In this document: positions 35,263 through 48,130 of the stretch, piece after piece
Layout of the letters: the number at the start of each line of letters is the position of its first letter
How positions within the stretch are numbered: the stretch's first letter is position 1
Origin: Mobula hypostoma
Lineage: Eukaryota
Assembly (NCBI RefSeq): GCF_963921235.1
Contig: NC_086108.1
Location: forward strand, 91,824,001-91,888,000
DNA: 64,000 nt
Reading direction: 5' to 3'
The notes under the pieces: model-generated
The model's database searches: none
What the model saw: the letters and a program-made list of their open reading frames with translations, nothing else
Told to the model about the DNA's origin: nothing
Program-made: the position numbers and the translations under genes

Positions 35263-35666
35263 CGTAAACACAAAATACTCTGCAGATGCTGGGGTCAAAG
35301 CTACACTCACAACATGTTGGAGGAACTCAGCAGGTTGGGCAGCATCCGTGGAAACAACCAGTCAACGTTTCGGGCCGGAACCCTTCGTCAGGACTTTGAC
35401 CTGCTGAAGCACCTTCAATTACTCCAAAAGACTGAGGTTTGGTAAAATACTGAAAGGCTTTTATTCACTGTACAATACGACCTCCACAGTGAGTGTCTGC
35501 CCCCGGACTGAGGAGGAGGGGCAAGGCGAACACCTTTATACAGGACTCTGTGGGAAGAGCCACAGGGGCAGTCAGCAGAGGGGTGTGTCCAGACAGGTAA
35601 CCGAGTTACAACATATATACATGGTTTACCACACCTGCTGAGTTCCTCCAGCGTGTTGTGAGTATT
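35263..35666. mobile_element. Inverted-repeat Penelope-derived mini-element with an intact hammerhead motif, interrupted by a solo LTR
   Basis: TSD GCTGTATACTGAT at 35250-35262 and 35667-35679. Minus strand reads AGTC-CTGACGA-A-GGGT TCCG GCCC-GAAA-CGTT-GACT at about 35360-35396. Confidence 0.85.
35405..35633 (-). mobile_element. Solo LTR, 229 bp
   Basis: TG...CA ends; perfect 5-bp TSD CCTGC (35400-35404 and 35634-35638); TATAAA followed by AATAAA on the minus strand. Confidence 0.9.
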
Positions 35667-36769
35667 GCTGTATACTGATAGTGTCAGAAGTGTGGCAACC
35701 TTTTCAGACTGTGTTGGTTGTTGACACAAAACAGTGCATTTCACTGCGTGTTTTGATGTGCATGTGACAAATAAAAATAATATTTTTAAAGCTAATCTTC
35801 AATGCCAATCGTAATAGTCTTAAAACAAACAACAAGCTGATGGAGACATTTCCGCTGGATTGGAACTAAAGCAGGAATTATCTGTGGTGATTACAAGATG
35901 ATATTGACAAGGAGCGGAGGCTGCTGTGGATTTCACAAGACATAAATGCAGAATCAGCAGGAGCCAACATTTTCACCAAAATTAATTTGTCACAGATAAA
36001 TATTCTGAGTGGAATGTGGTTAAGGGGAGTCAGAAATATTTCACAATGAACATGTTTACTCTTATATAAAATTAACTCATGAAAGGAAACCATCAACAAA
36101 CATCTCTTAAGGATATAAAGGACAAGATACAACACAGCAGAGGTACGTCAAGTGCCAAACGCATACATTACAAGCACTAAAGAAAATCTTTGAACATCAG
36201 AAGTCTTTGATCAACCACATAAGTACAACGTTAAGCTCAAGCAGGGCAAATGTGCATTCACCTTAGAGCCTGATGAAGGGCCTTGGTCTGAAACATAAAT
36301 TGTTTATTCCTGCCGTTGATGGTGCCTGAATTACTGAATCCCACCAGCATGTTGTATGTAGTGCTGAATAATGTCACTTTCCGCAATAGGGTTTACTTGT
36401 GCTTGAGTTACCAAGGCTCGGTTAACTCAGAACCTAATTGAGTTCAGTTCAGCCCAATCATTAGACGCAGATGAAAGGAAAACAGTTGAGAGGGGGAAAA
36501 AGTTTTGACTGAAGTCATGGAGAAAAGCAATTCAAACAATGTAATAAGGTGAACATTGCCTGGCAAGTATGACTTTTGAAACGTGGATGTGAGAGTGAGA
36601 GTGAGAGTTCAAATTTGCGATGCAAAGAAGTGCCTGCAGAAAAAAGGAAATAGCATAACAGATGTGAATGCAAGTCGCACAGGTCCAGCAAGAGATATAC
36701 ACAAGAATATCAAAATAATGTAGATGCATAAAAATTGTAAATTGTCCTACGATTTGTAAATTGTCCCTG

Positions 36770-37190
36770 AATTCTGGATTTCAGAAGAATGGGGAGTGAC
36801 CTAAATGGAACCTATTGAAAGGTGAAAGGCCTTGATAGAGTGGACGTGGATAGGATATTTCCTATGGTAGGAGAGTTTAAAATCAGAGGGCACAGCCTCA
36901 GAATAGAGGGGTGTCCTTTTAGAATGGAGACAAGGAGGAATTTCTTTATTCAGAGAATGGTGAATCTGTGGAATTTGTTGCCACAGGCAGCTGTGGAGGC
37001 TAAGTCTTTATGTATATTTAAGGCAGAGGTTGATAGATTATTGATTGGTCAGGGCATGAAGGGATATGGGGAGAAATCAGGAGATTGGGGCTGAGAAGGA
37101 AATTGGATCAGCAACGATGAAATGGTGGAGCAGACTCGCTGGTCTAAATGGTCTTATTCTGCTCCTATATCTTATGGTTTTATGGTCTTG
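36770..37190 (+). mobile_element. CR1 LINE 3' fragment
   Basis: ORF 36822-37094; (TTATGGT)n tail. Confidence 0.85.
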
Positions 37191-38097
37191 TGGATTTGGT
37201 TGTTTGGATTAAATCAGGGGGATTGATGGGTGGCTTGGCTCGAAGGGTCAGAAGGTCCTGTTCTGCACTGTATCTCAATAAATAAATAAACAAACAAACA
37301 GGCAAACAAGTAATAAATGGTTGTGAACGATGATTGTCACCCAGAGGCTAACACTATTTTAAACATTGTGTCATGTGAGTGGCTGCTTTGTGGGTTGTAA
37401 TAGTATGTGGAATGCAATCTTGAAGAGAAAAGCAGTGCACATGTTAATATGTGACGTGTACAATATATACTGTATAGACAGTGAAATGAATCACATGCCT
37501 GAGCATCTCTCAGTCTCTGCATGTTTCTCCACACAGTAAATGCCTCATTATTTCCATTCAAAGGAATTTTGGTGCATGTACAAGGGGGTTTGACTTTTAG
37601 AGTGTGAACGCAATGAATATTTAATTAATAAACCCATTATTTAATAGCTAAACCCTACTATTCAAAATGGCTGTGACTGGCTCACACATTTGTGGGTAGA
37701 AAATTAGGTGTAACTACAGAATTTAAATATCAGAACCCCCAAAAATTCAAAGCATTGATATGGACTGTTGCAGTGACAACACTACACCCCACTGTATGTA
37801 CTTTTTATGAATAAGGTATTTTTATAATTTAAAAACCTTTTTACTATAATTAACCCTTCGCATAAATATCACTTTTTTTCAAGCAATATCAATTAAAGTC
37901 AATCAGTCTTCAATGAACTTGTCCAATGATCTGGAGAATTGGCACATTGAAACTATCAGTGAAAATTATTATTTAATAGCCATATGCCATACATTAGTGT
38001 CAAATCACCTTACAAATGAGAACTGTTCTCCCATCATCCACATTATGTCAAAAGAATGGGTTAGAAAATGATAAACAAACCTACAGGTTCAAGAGGC

Positions 38098-38270
38098 AAA
38101 CATGTGGAAATCTGCAGATGCTGGAATTTCAAGCAACACACATAAAAGTTGCTGGTGAACTCAGCAGGCCAGGCAGCATCTCAAGGAAGAGGTACAGTTG
38201 ACGTTTCAGGCCGAGACCCTTCGTCAGGACTAACTGAAAGAAGAGCTAGCAAGAGATTTGAAAGTGGGAG
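38098..38270 (-). mobile_element. Penelope pseudo-LTR fragment with hammerhead motif
   Basis: Matches 10778-10915; flanks CTACAGGTTCAAGAG/CTACAGTTCAAGAG. Confidence 0.85.
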
Positions 38271-38432
38271 CTACAGTTCAAGAGTGGTTTTAAGCCTCAT
38301 TGAAATTGAGATCTGCCTCACTTTGATGCTGAGATACAGCCCCAGATGCGCTGAGACACACCATCAGGTTACTTTGTCAGCACAACATTGTGGGCTGAAG
38401 GGCCTGTAATGTGCTGTAGAATTCTGTGTCCT

Positions 38433-38825
38433 ATGTAACCCTGGGTCATGGGGTGTTTCCGGCCTTTCAACACCAGGCATTCTTGCCCAGGTGACCCAGC
38501 CAGGGTTGACCAGGCCTGGCTTGTATTCCAGTAGCGTTGGTCCATGTGTCACACCTCTTGATCCATAGCCATCTGAAGGGTCTGTGATGGTCCTGGTGGC
38601 TCTTCTCTTTGAAGCCCTCGTAATGCCATGCCAAGGAGAGAGTAGGTTCTGCACAGGAAGCATCCAGCAAAATCTCTACAGCCACCTCTATAGGCTCGCG
38701 TCGTGCCCTCCACCTCTGCCTTATTGTAAAATGTGTGATAAACGTGCAGCTGGAGTCTTCTCATACCTTCCAAATCATCAAAGGACTGATCACGTGGTTA
38801 TTGCCTGTTGCACAGAATTGCTAAC
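38433..38825. mobile_element. Possible solo LTR
   Basis: A GC-richer block of about 390 bp starting TGTAAC, with CTA(T) on both sides. The 3' CA end is imperfect. Confidence 0.3.
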
Positions 38826-40459
38826 TATGAATTTTTAGCAAATGCAACAAAGCAGAGTTTCTTATTTGGATATGAAATGTCATTGAAAGACTATATCAAC
38901 ATTAATGTAGCAGCTGACACTAGGATTCACTTCTCTTTGTTTCTACCCCTCCAGGCTATGTGTTAAACCTTGACCATTCCAGTGGCTAATCTGATAATGA
39001 TCCATGAGAAATGTTTTCTAATTCACTGTCCTGACTGCTACTCTTGCCTCAGTGAAACCCCTGTCACAGTACTGCCCTAATCCCAGTGCAACTCCTGTCT
39101 CTGTAAAACCCTAGACCCAATGAAGCTGCTGTCCTAGTGTTGGGGAGTGACTAATTACCCTCTGTTGAATGCAGTAACTATGATTGAGAGGTCTTGCTGT
39201 TAAAGTAAAATCTCACTGTCACCGACAATATTAACTGTGATTTTCCCTTTGATCTTTGCCTTTACACTCCCTCTCTCCCTTTGGATTTAACGAACGATAC
39301 TTTTACACATTTATCTTTCTCAAGTCTGACAAGAGTTTTAGTGTTTTAACTTCCCATCTATAATTTATGTTCTCGATGCTCAGATATAATTTGAGGTAGA
39401 AAGGGCTTCCTTTTAAGTGAAACTTCCCAATAGCTCACAAACTCCTGCATATCAGCCTTTTCAAATGCTTCATTAGACAAAACTCAGACAGAATGAACCT
39501 CTACTTTATGCAAGTACTGGGAAGACTATCTTTTTTGGATAAACAAACTCCTCTGATGGCCAAGCCTGAAGCCCCCTTTCACAGTCTACAATCCAATTCA
39601 GAGCCTTCTGAAGCCTTGTTCTCTCAAAGTACGATGGGAAGGAGGGAATTAATTTTTCAACCAATTCCTGGCAGACATCACAAACTTCACATTGACTGTT
39701 CAGACTTCCAGCTCGGTCAGTTTAGTAATGTCAGTCACCCTTCCTTCAGGTGTCGCCACATAAATTTACAAGATAACACTTCAGCAGCAAATTTTATTCA
39801 AATATAGTTCGACAAAATCTCTGTTATAAATGAAGTACTACATACAAAGATCATTGACCTGAAACAATAAGTCTACTTCTTGTTCTCCACAAGACACATG
39901 ACTCTGAGGATTTCCAATACGTTCTTGTTTTTACTTCAGATCTCCACCACAAGAACATTAAAATATAGGAACAGAAATAGGCTCCTTATTCCCGATGTAA
40001 GAATTACTGGAATCATGGTTAATCTGCTCATTGCCTTTAACCCAACTTTCCTCTCTGATCCCCAGAACACTTGATTCTGTTGTGTTCCGAAAACTTGTCT
40101 CGGTCTAGAATATACAACGGCTCAATGTCCACTGCTCTCTGAGGCACAGAATTCCAAATGTTTACGATCATCTTGGTCATCTCAATTTTAAATGGTTGGT
40201 CCCTCAGCTAGAAGTTATGCTCCCTGCTTCCAAATCCTCTTATGATGATACTCCCCAGAATAAAATCCAAATTAGTCAAACCTGCACTTTCCATTAAAAC
40301 ATTCCATTCCAGGGATAAATCTTCTCGGCATCCATTTCGCCAAGACTCTCAGAATTTTACATGTTCCTATGAGAACCACACAATAGAATACAGCCCATCT
40401 GCTTAATCTTTCCTCACAAGGCAGTCCCTTCACACCATGAATTAACTGATACTACTAGA

Positions 40460-40940
40460 ATTACTAGAATGATTCCGGGAATGAGAGGGTTAACATATGA
40501 GGAACGTTTGTCGGCTCTTGGACTGTACTCCTTGGAGTTTAGAAGAATGAGGGGGGACCTCAGAGAAACATTTCGTATGTTAAAAGGCATGGACAGAGTG
40601 GATGTGGCAAACCTGTTTCCTATGATGGGGGAGTTTAGTACGAGAGGGCATGACTTAAGGATTGAAGGGCACCCATTCAGAACAGAAATGCGAAGCAATT
40701 TTTTTAGCCAGAGGGTGGTGAATCTATGGAATTTGTTGCCACGGGCGGCAGTGGAGGCCAGGTGATTGGGTGTATTTAAGGCAGAGATTGATAGGTATCT
40801 GAGTAGCCAGGGCATCAAAGGTTATGGTGAGAAGGTGGGGGAGTGGGACTAAATGGGAGAATGGATCAGCTCATGATAAAATGGCGGGGCAGTCTTGATG
40901 GACCGAATGGCCAACTTCTGCTCCTTTGTCTTATGGTCTA
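40460..40940 (+). mobile_element. Young CR1 LINE 3' fragment
   Basis: ORF 40469-40765; near-identical to the reverse complement of 47340-47810. Confidence 0.9.
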
Positions 40941-41259
40941 TATTAAATATTAAATAAGTTCCTACATTAATTAATTGTTGTCACATGTATCGAGGCACAG
41001 TGAAAAAGCTTTGTTTTGCATGTCATGCCTACCGATAATTTCATCTTGTCAGTCCATCGAGGCAATACAAGCAAGAAGTAATAAAGAATAAATAATATAG
41101 TGTTGCAGTTACAGAGAAAGTGCAGTGCACGCAGACAATAAGGCAGATGGTCATGATCCATCAAGATTTCATCTAGTGAAAATTGTTTTAACTATTCCAA
41201 GATAAGGTCTCATTTCAGATTTCCAACATAAAAAAACATGAGAAATAGTGGCAGGGGCA

Positions 41260-41860
41260 GTATTGGAATGTTATGATGAGGTTGTATAAGGCATTGGTGA
41301 GGCCGAATCTGGAGTATTGTGTTCAGTTTTGGTCACCAAATTACAGGAAGGATATAAATAAGGTTGAAAGAGTGCAGAGAAGGTTTACAAGGATGTTGCC
41401 GGGACTTGAGAAACTCAGTTACAGAGAAAGGTTGAATAGGTTGGGACTTTATTCCCTGGAGCGTAGAAGAATGAGGGGAGATTTGACAGAGGTATATAAA
41501 ATTATGATGGGTATAGATAGAGTGAATGCAAGCAGGCTTTTTCCACTGAGAAAAGGGGAGAAAAAAACCAGAGGACATGGGTTAAGGGTGAGAGGGGAAA
41601 AGTTTAAAGGGAACATTAGGGAGGGCTTCTTCACACAGAGAGTGGTGGGAGTATGGAATGAGCTGCCAGACGAGGTGGTAAATGCGGGTTCTTTTTTAAC
41701 ATTTAAGAATAAATTGGACAGATACATGGATGGGAGGTGTATGGAGGGATATAGTCCGTGTGCAGGTCAATGGGACTAGGCAGAAAATGGTTCGGCACAG
41801 CCAAGAAGGGCCAAAGGGCCTGTTTCTGTGCTGTAGTTTCTATGGTTCTATGGTTCTATG
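41260..41860 (+). mobile_element. Young CR1 LINE 3' fragment
   Basis: Open 168-aa ORF2 C-terminus at 41273-41779; (TTCTATGG)n tail. Confidence 0.9.
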
Positions 41861-42090
41861 GCAGACCACTGGAGCTTTTGCTGATTAACTTCATGTATCC
41901 TTGTTCCAAGGACTTGCAGTCTCTTTGAGCACCAATACTCATTATTCTCGCACAATTTCAATAATATTATGCCTTTTTTTCATTCTTTCTACAAAAGTGG
42001 AATAACCTCACATTAACCCATTTGATATTCTCTCTACTGGATTTTGTCCGGTCACTTAGTTTGCCTATAGCACATGGCAGGCTTCTTACA

Positions 42091-42331
42091 ACACACACAC
42101 AAAATGCTGCAGCAACTCAGCAGGGCAGGCAGCATCTACGGAGGGGAATAAACGGTTGATATTTCAGCCTGAGAACCTTCATCAGAATTCAAGAAGGCTC
42201 CTGATGAAAGGTCTCAGCCTGAAATATTGACTGTTTATTCCCCTCCATTAATGCTGCTGGCTTACTGAGTTCCTCCAGTATTTTGTACATGTTACTCTGC
42301 ATTTTCAGCATCTGAAGAATCTCTTGTGTTA
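42091..42331. mobile_element. Inverted-repeat Penelope-derived mini-element with two hammerhead cores
   Basis: CTGATGA...GAAA on both strands (42157-42233); TSD CAGGCTTCTTACA/CAGACTTCTTACA. Confidence 0.8.
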
Positions 42332-42861
42332 CAGACTTCTTACAGAGAATGAATTTGTTAAAAAAAATTAAAAATTCATTCCTTATCCTTTCTGATTCAG
42401 CAGCAAGAGGTGGAGTCAAACAAAAGAAGCCTGCACATGGTTTATCAGTATAAAGACACTACTTGATTAGGATGATACGAAATGTACTCATTTACCATTT
42501 CAAAAAAGCTACAGAACAGTAGAATGCAAAGAATACTTATCAGCCACTCAGTGAACTGATCTGCACAGTACTCTAGGGCACCCCAGGTGTCTGACAGCCC
42601 CTTCCACTTTTTCTTCTCTCCCTCTCGCTCTCCCCTCCTCCTGTTTGTCTGTTCCATTTGTCTAATCATGACTCCAATTTTAAGCAAGAGTACACCTGCC
42701 TTCTTTATACCCTTAAAGCCCTTACCCTAATATTTTTCCATAGTATCAGGTGTTACTTATTATTAAGCCCTTTCAACATAGACACAATTTAAAAACAGAG
42801 ACAGTCTGTTTAGGGTTAAAACACATTTTCCACTATTATCAGTCAACTAACCTTGCAACTT

Positions 42862-43120
42862 GGCCGGCTGGTGGTGCAATGGCATCAGCGCCGGACTCCG
42901 GAGCGAAGGCTCCCGAGTTCGAATCCAAGTCGGGCCACCCCCTGAGCACGCTTTCCATCCGTGCCGGGTTGAGCGTCGAGCTAGCCACTTGGCCTTGTTA
43001 AAAAAAAAGGGTCGAGTCAGGAATGTTCATATCATGATCCGGTTAATCCGAAAGGAGACCAATCCTGACAACACGCGCCAGACAAGAATGGCTGACTGTC
43101 TGGTGCGACGCGCTAAAAAA
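42862..43120 (+). mobile_element. Young CpG-rich tRNA-derived SINE
   Basis: A box TGGTGCAATGG, B box GTTCGAATCC, A tail, 13-bp TSD AACCTTGCAACTT/AACCTTGTAACTT. Older relative at about 22055-22250. Confidence 0.85.
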
Positions 43121-43544
43121 AACCTTGTAACTTGTAAATTTCTTAATCAAGCATTTAGCAGGGCAGGGGGAGGGAGAAGGAAAGAAACTGTCGCAATGTA
43201 TACGGAGCAGTAGAATACTGACCAATTCTTTAACATCCAGCTGGGATGAGCAGATATAGCAGTCTGTTTCAGAAGCTACTTTTCTATTTACACTTTTGCA
43301 CAGAAAGGAGGAATTAAATATCACTTTGAGAAAATTCAATTCTCTCTATACTGTTTTCACAAGTATTTCTATATTTTTTTGCAAATTTTGTTACAAAACA
43401 CTCAGAATATTCATCCAAATCCTTAATGAATTATAAATCTTCCCTCTTCTTTTCTTAAGAAATTCAAAGTTCTTAAGATCTTCAAGATGCTTCTCTGTTT
43501 GGAGTTATCACGGTCTGGGGATTTTCACAAGCGAGTGATGATTT

Positions 43545-43690
43545 TACGATTTCTTCAAGGTGGTATTAAGAGCATCCTTGACTTGTTTCTCCTGTCCCAC
43601 TACTCTTTTGCCATGATGAAGCATGAAGTAGAGCATCTGCTTTGAGAGTCTGTTGTCAGGCGTGCCCATCAGATGAAGGTAATCCGAGCC
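43545..43690 (-). mobile_element. RTE-clade LINE C-terminal fragment
   Basis: PDNRLSKQMLY...HGKRVVGQEKQVKDALNTTLKK. Confidence 0.65.
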
Positions 43691-43913
43691 TTGGTACATA
43701 CAATGGTACAACACAGAAACAAGCCCTCCGGCCCAGCAAGTCAGTGCCAAACATGATGCCAATCCAATGAACCCCATCTGCCTGCACATGGTGCTTATCC
43801 CCGCCCTGTTTTTTGCACATTTGTACGTCTGTCTAAATGCTATGTAAACTTTTCTTTAGTAAACACAAGAGATCCTGAAGACGTTGGAAATATTGAGTAA
43901 CACACACTAAATG

Positions 43914-44352
43914 ACTTCTGGTCAAGATGATGCCTGCTAACAATACTCCTTCAGTCGACATCTTCTGGATAAATCATGAAACCATATATTTCACTTCTTT
44001 GTGGCGAGAAGGCTGCAAGCTGATGTTTGACTCAATTTCACCAATTGAGGCAATGAGGGAGATCGAAATGCTGGATGGCTGCCGTTTTATCGCTGGAGGA
44101 TCGCTCTGCTATGGAGAGACAGAATGTTGCCCTGGTTTTCTGTATTTTGGATGTGAACTTGGACTGTGGACTTCTTTCAGTCTTACATGTTTTTTTCTGT
44201 ATTCTGTGTTTTTCACCCGATCTTTCTAATTTTTTTTTGTGTGGAGAGGAGGGATTTAGGGGTTGGTGATCGTGCTGCCTTTCTTTTCTTTCTTAGTGTC
44301 ATGGCTGTCTGGAGAAGAAGAATTTCAGAACTGTATACTCTGACAATAAATG
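43914..44352 (+). mobile_element. Non-autonomous LINE-derived element
   Basis: Starts ACTTCTGGTCAAGATG and ends with a Rex-like tail (TGTATACTCTGACAATAAATG); splits a Penelope mini-element at AAATG. Confidence 0.55.
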
Positions 44353-45124
44353 AAATGTTGGAGGAACTCAGCAAGTCAGTCAGCATAAAACTTAATATTT
44401 TGCATCAATCTACTAAGAGATCTTGTCAAATGCTTTACTGTAGTATAGAGAACACTCACTGCCCTTCTTTAATCATCTTCATCACCTCTGAAAAAGCTTA
44501 GTCAAATTTTTTGAGGAAGAACCTTGCCAGAACAAAGTGATATAGATTATTCCTAACATGTCCATCTTTTCCCAAATGTGAGTAAACCCCACTCCAATGA
44601 ATTTTCTACAGAGATTTCCCTACTGTTGATATAGGCTCATAGCCCAGATTGCTGCCCTTAAGTAAAGGTACACTATTGGCTATGGTTTGGCATATTGGCT
44701 TGGGAGATTATCGAGACAGTGGGTTTTGAGCATTTTCCAAAGGCAGCAATAGTTGTATACTCAGGTATTTTGAATGCTTATTGTGGATGGGCCATAACTT
44801 ACTGGCACACTCTAGCTCCACTACAGAGTTTGGAGAGACTTTTTTTCTGGACTGGAATTAACGTAGGTTGAACAATTTCTTATCAGTCCCCTAGATTAGC
44901 TCCATTCCAGCGGGATGTTTATTGAGGTAGCCAATATTCAAACACAGATCCCATTATAAATACCCTAATTATGTCATGCCAACCTGAAAATGGCCCATTT
45001 CTTGCTACTCTTTGTTTCTACTCACTCTCTGTTCTCTCTCCAACATAGTACACTGATATATACGCAGTGGCTCATTAATACAAATATCTAATCAGCCAAC
45101 ATGTGACAGTGACTCAATATATAA

Positions 45125-47010
45125 AGGCAACTTATCAAAGGCCTTATGACAATTTAAGTAAACAATATCCACTGACTCCCCTTTGTCTATTCTTCCTGTT
45201 ATTTTCTCAAAAAATTCCAAGAGGCTTCTCAGGCAAGATTTCCCCTGATGGAAACCACGCTGATCTTGGCCTATTTTATCATGTGCCTCCAAGTACACTG
45301 AAACCTCATCTTTAATAATGAACTCCAAAATCCTCCCAACCACTGAAGTCCTTCCTTCTGCCTCTCTCCATTCTTAAAGAATGGAGTGATACTTGCAGTT
45401 TTCCAATGTTCTGGAACCAAAGATCAATTCAGAATTGAAGCTAGGAGAATAATTTACAGTTGGAGGATTATTTGCAGCATGTGCCAAATATACTCCATGG
45501 GTAGACCAGCCGTTCCTTCCCAGAATGTGGCAACAGAACACTCCTTAAAATGTCTGTTTTGGAACTTAATAGAATCCTGTGAGTAAAAGGGAGTTCAATC
45601 CCCACATCCTCTGTAAAGAGTCTGTATGTCCTCCCTGTGGAATACATGGGTTTTCATCAGATACTCTCGTTTCCACCCACAGTCCAAAGCCATACGGATT
45701 AGTAGATCAATTGGTCATTGTAAGTTGTCCCGTGATGAGTTTAGGGCTAAATTGGAGGTGGTCAGGTGTTGCTGGGAGGCGTGTCTCGAAGAGCCAGAGG
45801 GGTTTATTCCATGCTGTATCACTAAATAAATAAATAAACAAACATCATTACTAATCTCTTCAGCTACCTTTTTCAGAACCCTGGGGTGTAGTCCATCTGG
45901 TCCAAGTGACTTATCTACCTTCAGACCTTCCAGCTTCCCAAGCACCTTCTCCTTAGTAATAACAACTATACTCACTTCTGCCCCCTGACACTCTTGAATT
46001 TCTGCCAGAATACTTATTAAGTTCATCTATCACTTCTTTGTCCCCCCATAACCATCTCTCCTGTGTCATTTTCCAGCGTCTAATATCCACTGTCGCCTCT
46101 TTTTCACTCCCTATATATATGAAAAAAAATCTTTGGGTATCCTCTTTTATATTTTGGCCAGCTAACCTCCATATTTTACCTCTTCTCTCCTTTTAGCTTT
46201 TTTTACTTGCCTTCTATTGGCTTTAAAAGCTTCCCAACTCCCTAATTTCCCACTAATTTTTGCTATATTATATGCCGTCCCTTGTGCTTTTATGCTGTCA
46301 CTGAATTTCCTTGTTTTAGGATTTGATTTCATTATTTACCAACGGAACCACTCCACCCCTCTGTCAACCTCCCTGTTCCTTTAATACAAGTTGTATCCTT
46401 GAATGTTAGGTTCCCAACTATGATCTGCTTTCAGCCACGTCTCAGTGATGCCTTCGTCATACCTGCTAAATTCTGACCAAGCTACATGATCATCTACCTT
46501 ATTCCGTACACCATATGCATTCAACTATAATACCTTCAAGTCCTGTATTCATCGCCCTTTTTCCATTTTTGCTCCTATGTTACACTTCACCTCATTCCAC
46601 TGACTGTAATTTTGCCCTATCATCTTCCCGTCCATCCTCGCAGTCTCACCACACACTGCATGGACTAGTATACCAACTGCACCATCCTCAGCCCTACTGA
46701 TCCAATACCCATCCCCAACCAACTTAGTTTAAATTCTCCCCAACAGCTCGAAGAAGCCTGTCTGTAAGGATATACATCCTCCTCATGTTTAGGTGTAAAG
46801 CAACCTTCTTTACATACCGTACCTTCCTCAGAAGAGATCCCAATATTCCAGAAGTCTGAAGTCCTGTCCCCTGCACCACTTCCTCAGCGCTTTACTCACC
46901 TGTACTATCATCCTATTCCTGCCCTGACTAGCTCTTGTTACTGGGAATAATCCAGAGATTACTACCTTGGAAGTCCTGTTCTTCAGGCTCATCCCTAACT
47001 CCTTATACTC
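45125..47010 (-). mobile_element. Decayed CR1 LINE internal fragments (ORF1/ORF2) with a SINE insert
   Basis: GRILEFIIKDEV...GFHQGKSCLRSLLEFFE; KVDKSLGPDGLHPRVLK. Confidence 0.75.
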
Positions 47011-47339
47011 AGTGAAAGCTATGGAATATTAAAAGGGCTAGATAGAGTTGACGTAGATGGCTTGTTTGAATTGTGGGAGAGTCTAGGATCAAGGGGTGTA
47101 ACCTCAGAATACAAATACGTCCCTTTAGAATAGAGATGAGGAGGAATTTATTTAGATAGAGGGTGGTGAATCAATGGAATTCTTTACCACAGATGGTTGT
47201 GGAGGCCAAGTCATTGGGTTATTTAAAGTGGAGGTTGATAGGTTCTTGATTAATCAGGGTTTCAAAGATTATTGGGAGAAGGGAGGAGAATGAGTTGAAT
47301 GGGATAATAAATCAGCCATAATTGAATGCCAGAACAGAT

Positions 47340-48130
47340 CATAAGACAAAGGAGCAGAAGTCGGCCATTCGGCCCATCGAGTCTGCTCCGCCATTTTATC
47401 ATGAGCTGATCCATTCTCCCATTTAGTCCCACTCCCCCACCTTCTCACCATAACCTTTGATGCCCTGGCTACTCAGATACCTATCAATCTCTGCCTTAAA
47501 TACACCCAATGACTTGGCCTCCACTGCTGCCCGTGGCAACAAATTCCACAGATTCACCACCCTCTGGCTAAAAAAATTTCTTCGCATTTCTGTTCTGAAT
47601 GGGCGCCCTTCAATCCTTAAGTCATGCCCTCTTGTACAAGACTCCCCCATCATGGGAAACAACTTTGCTACATCCATTCTGTCCATGCCTTTCAACATTC
47701 GAAATGTTTCTATCAGGTCTCCCCTCATTCTTCGAACCTCCAAGGAATACAGTCGAAGAGCGGACAAACGTTCCTCATATGTTAACCCTCTCATTCCCGG
47801 AATCATTCTAATGAATCTTCTCTGTACCCTCTCCAACATCAGCACATCCTTTCTTAAATAAGGAGACCAAAACTGCCCACGGTACTCCAAGTGAGGTCTC
47901 ACCAGTGCCTTATAGAGCCTCAACATCACATCCCTGCTCCTATACTCTATTCCTCTAGAAATGAATGCTAACATTGCATTCGCCTTCTTCACTGCTGACT
48001 CATCCTGGAGGTTAACCTTAAGGGTATCCTGCACAAGGACTCCCAAGTCCTGTTGCATCTCAGAACTTTGAATTCTTTCCCCATTTAAATAATATTCTGC
48101 CCGTTTATTACTTCTGCCAAAGTGCATAAC
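47340..48130 (-). mobile_element. Young CR1 LINE 3' fragment inserted in an older CR1 tail (47015-48180)
   Basis: Open ORF 47423-48130 encoding the CR1 ORF2 C-terminus. Confidence 0.9.

Larger units (their letters stand above)
35070..35780 (+). mobile_element. tRNA V-SINE hosting nested insertions
   Basis: A box TAGTGTAGTAG, B box GGTTCGACTCC, V-like core; split at the 13-bp TSD GCTGTATACTGAT. Confidence 0.75.

Noticed and set aside
39493..39807. 104-aa plus-strand ORF
   Set aside because: No recognisable similarity; the splice-like signal here is on the minus strand.
42862..42935. tRNA gene
   Set aside because: A and B boxes are present, but the sequence continues into a body, A tail and TSD, so it is a SINE head.
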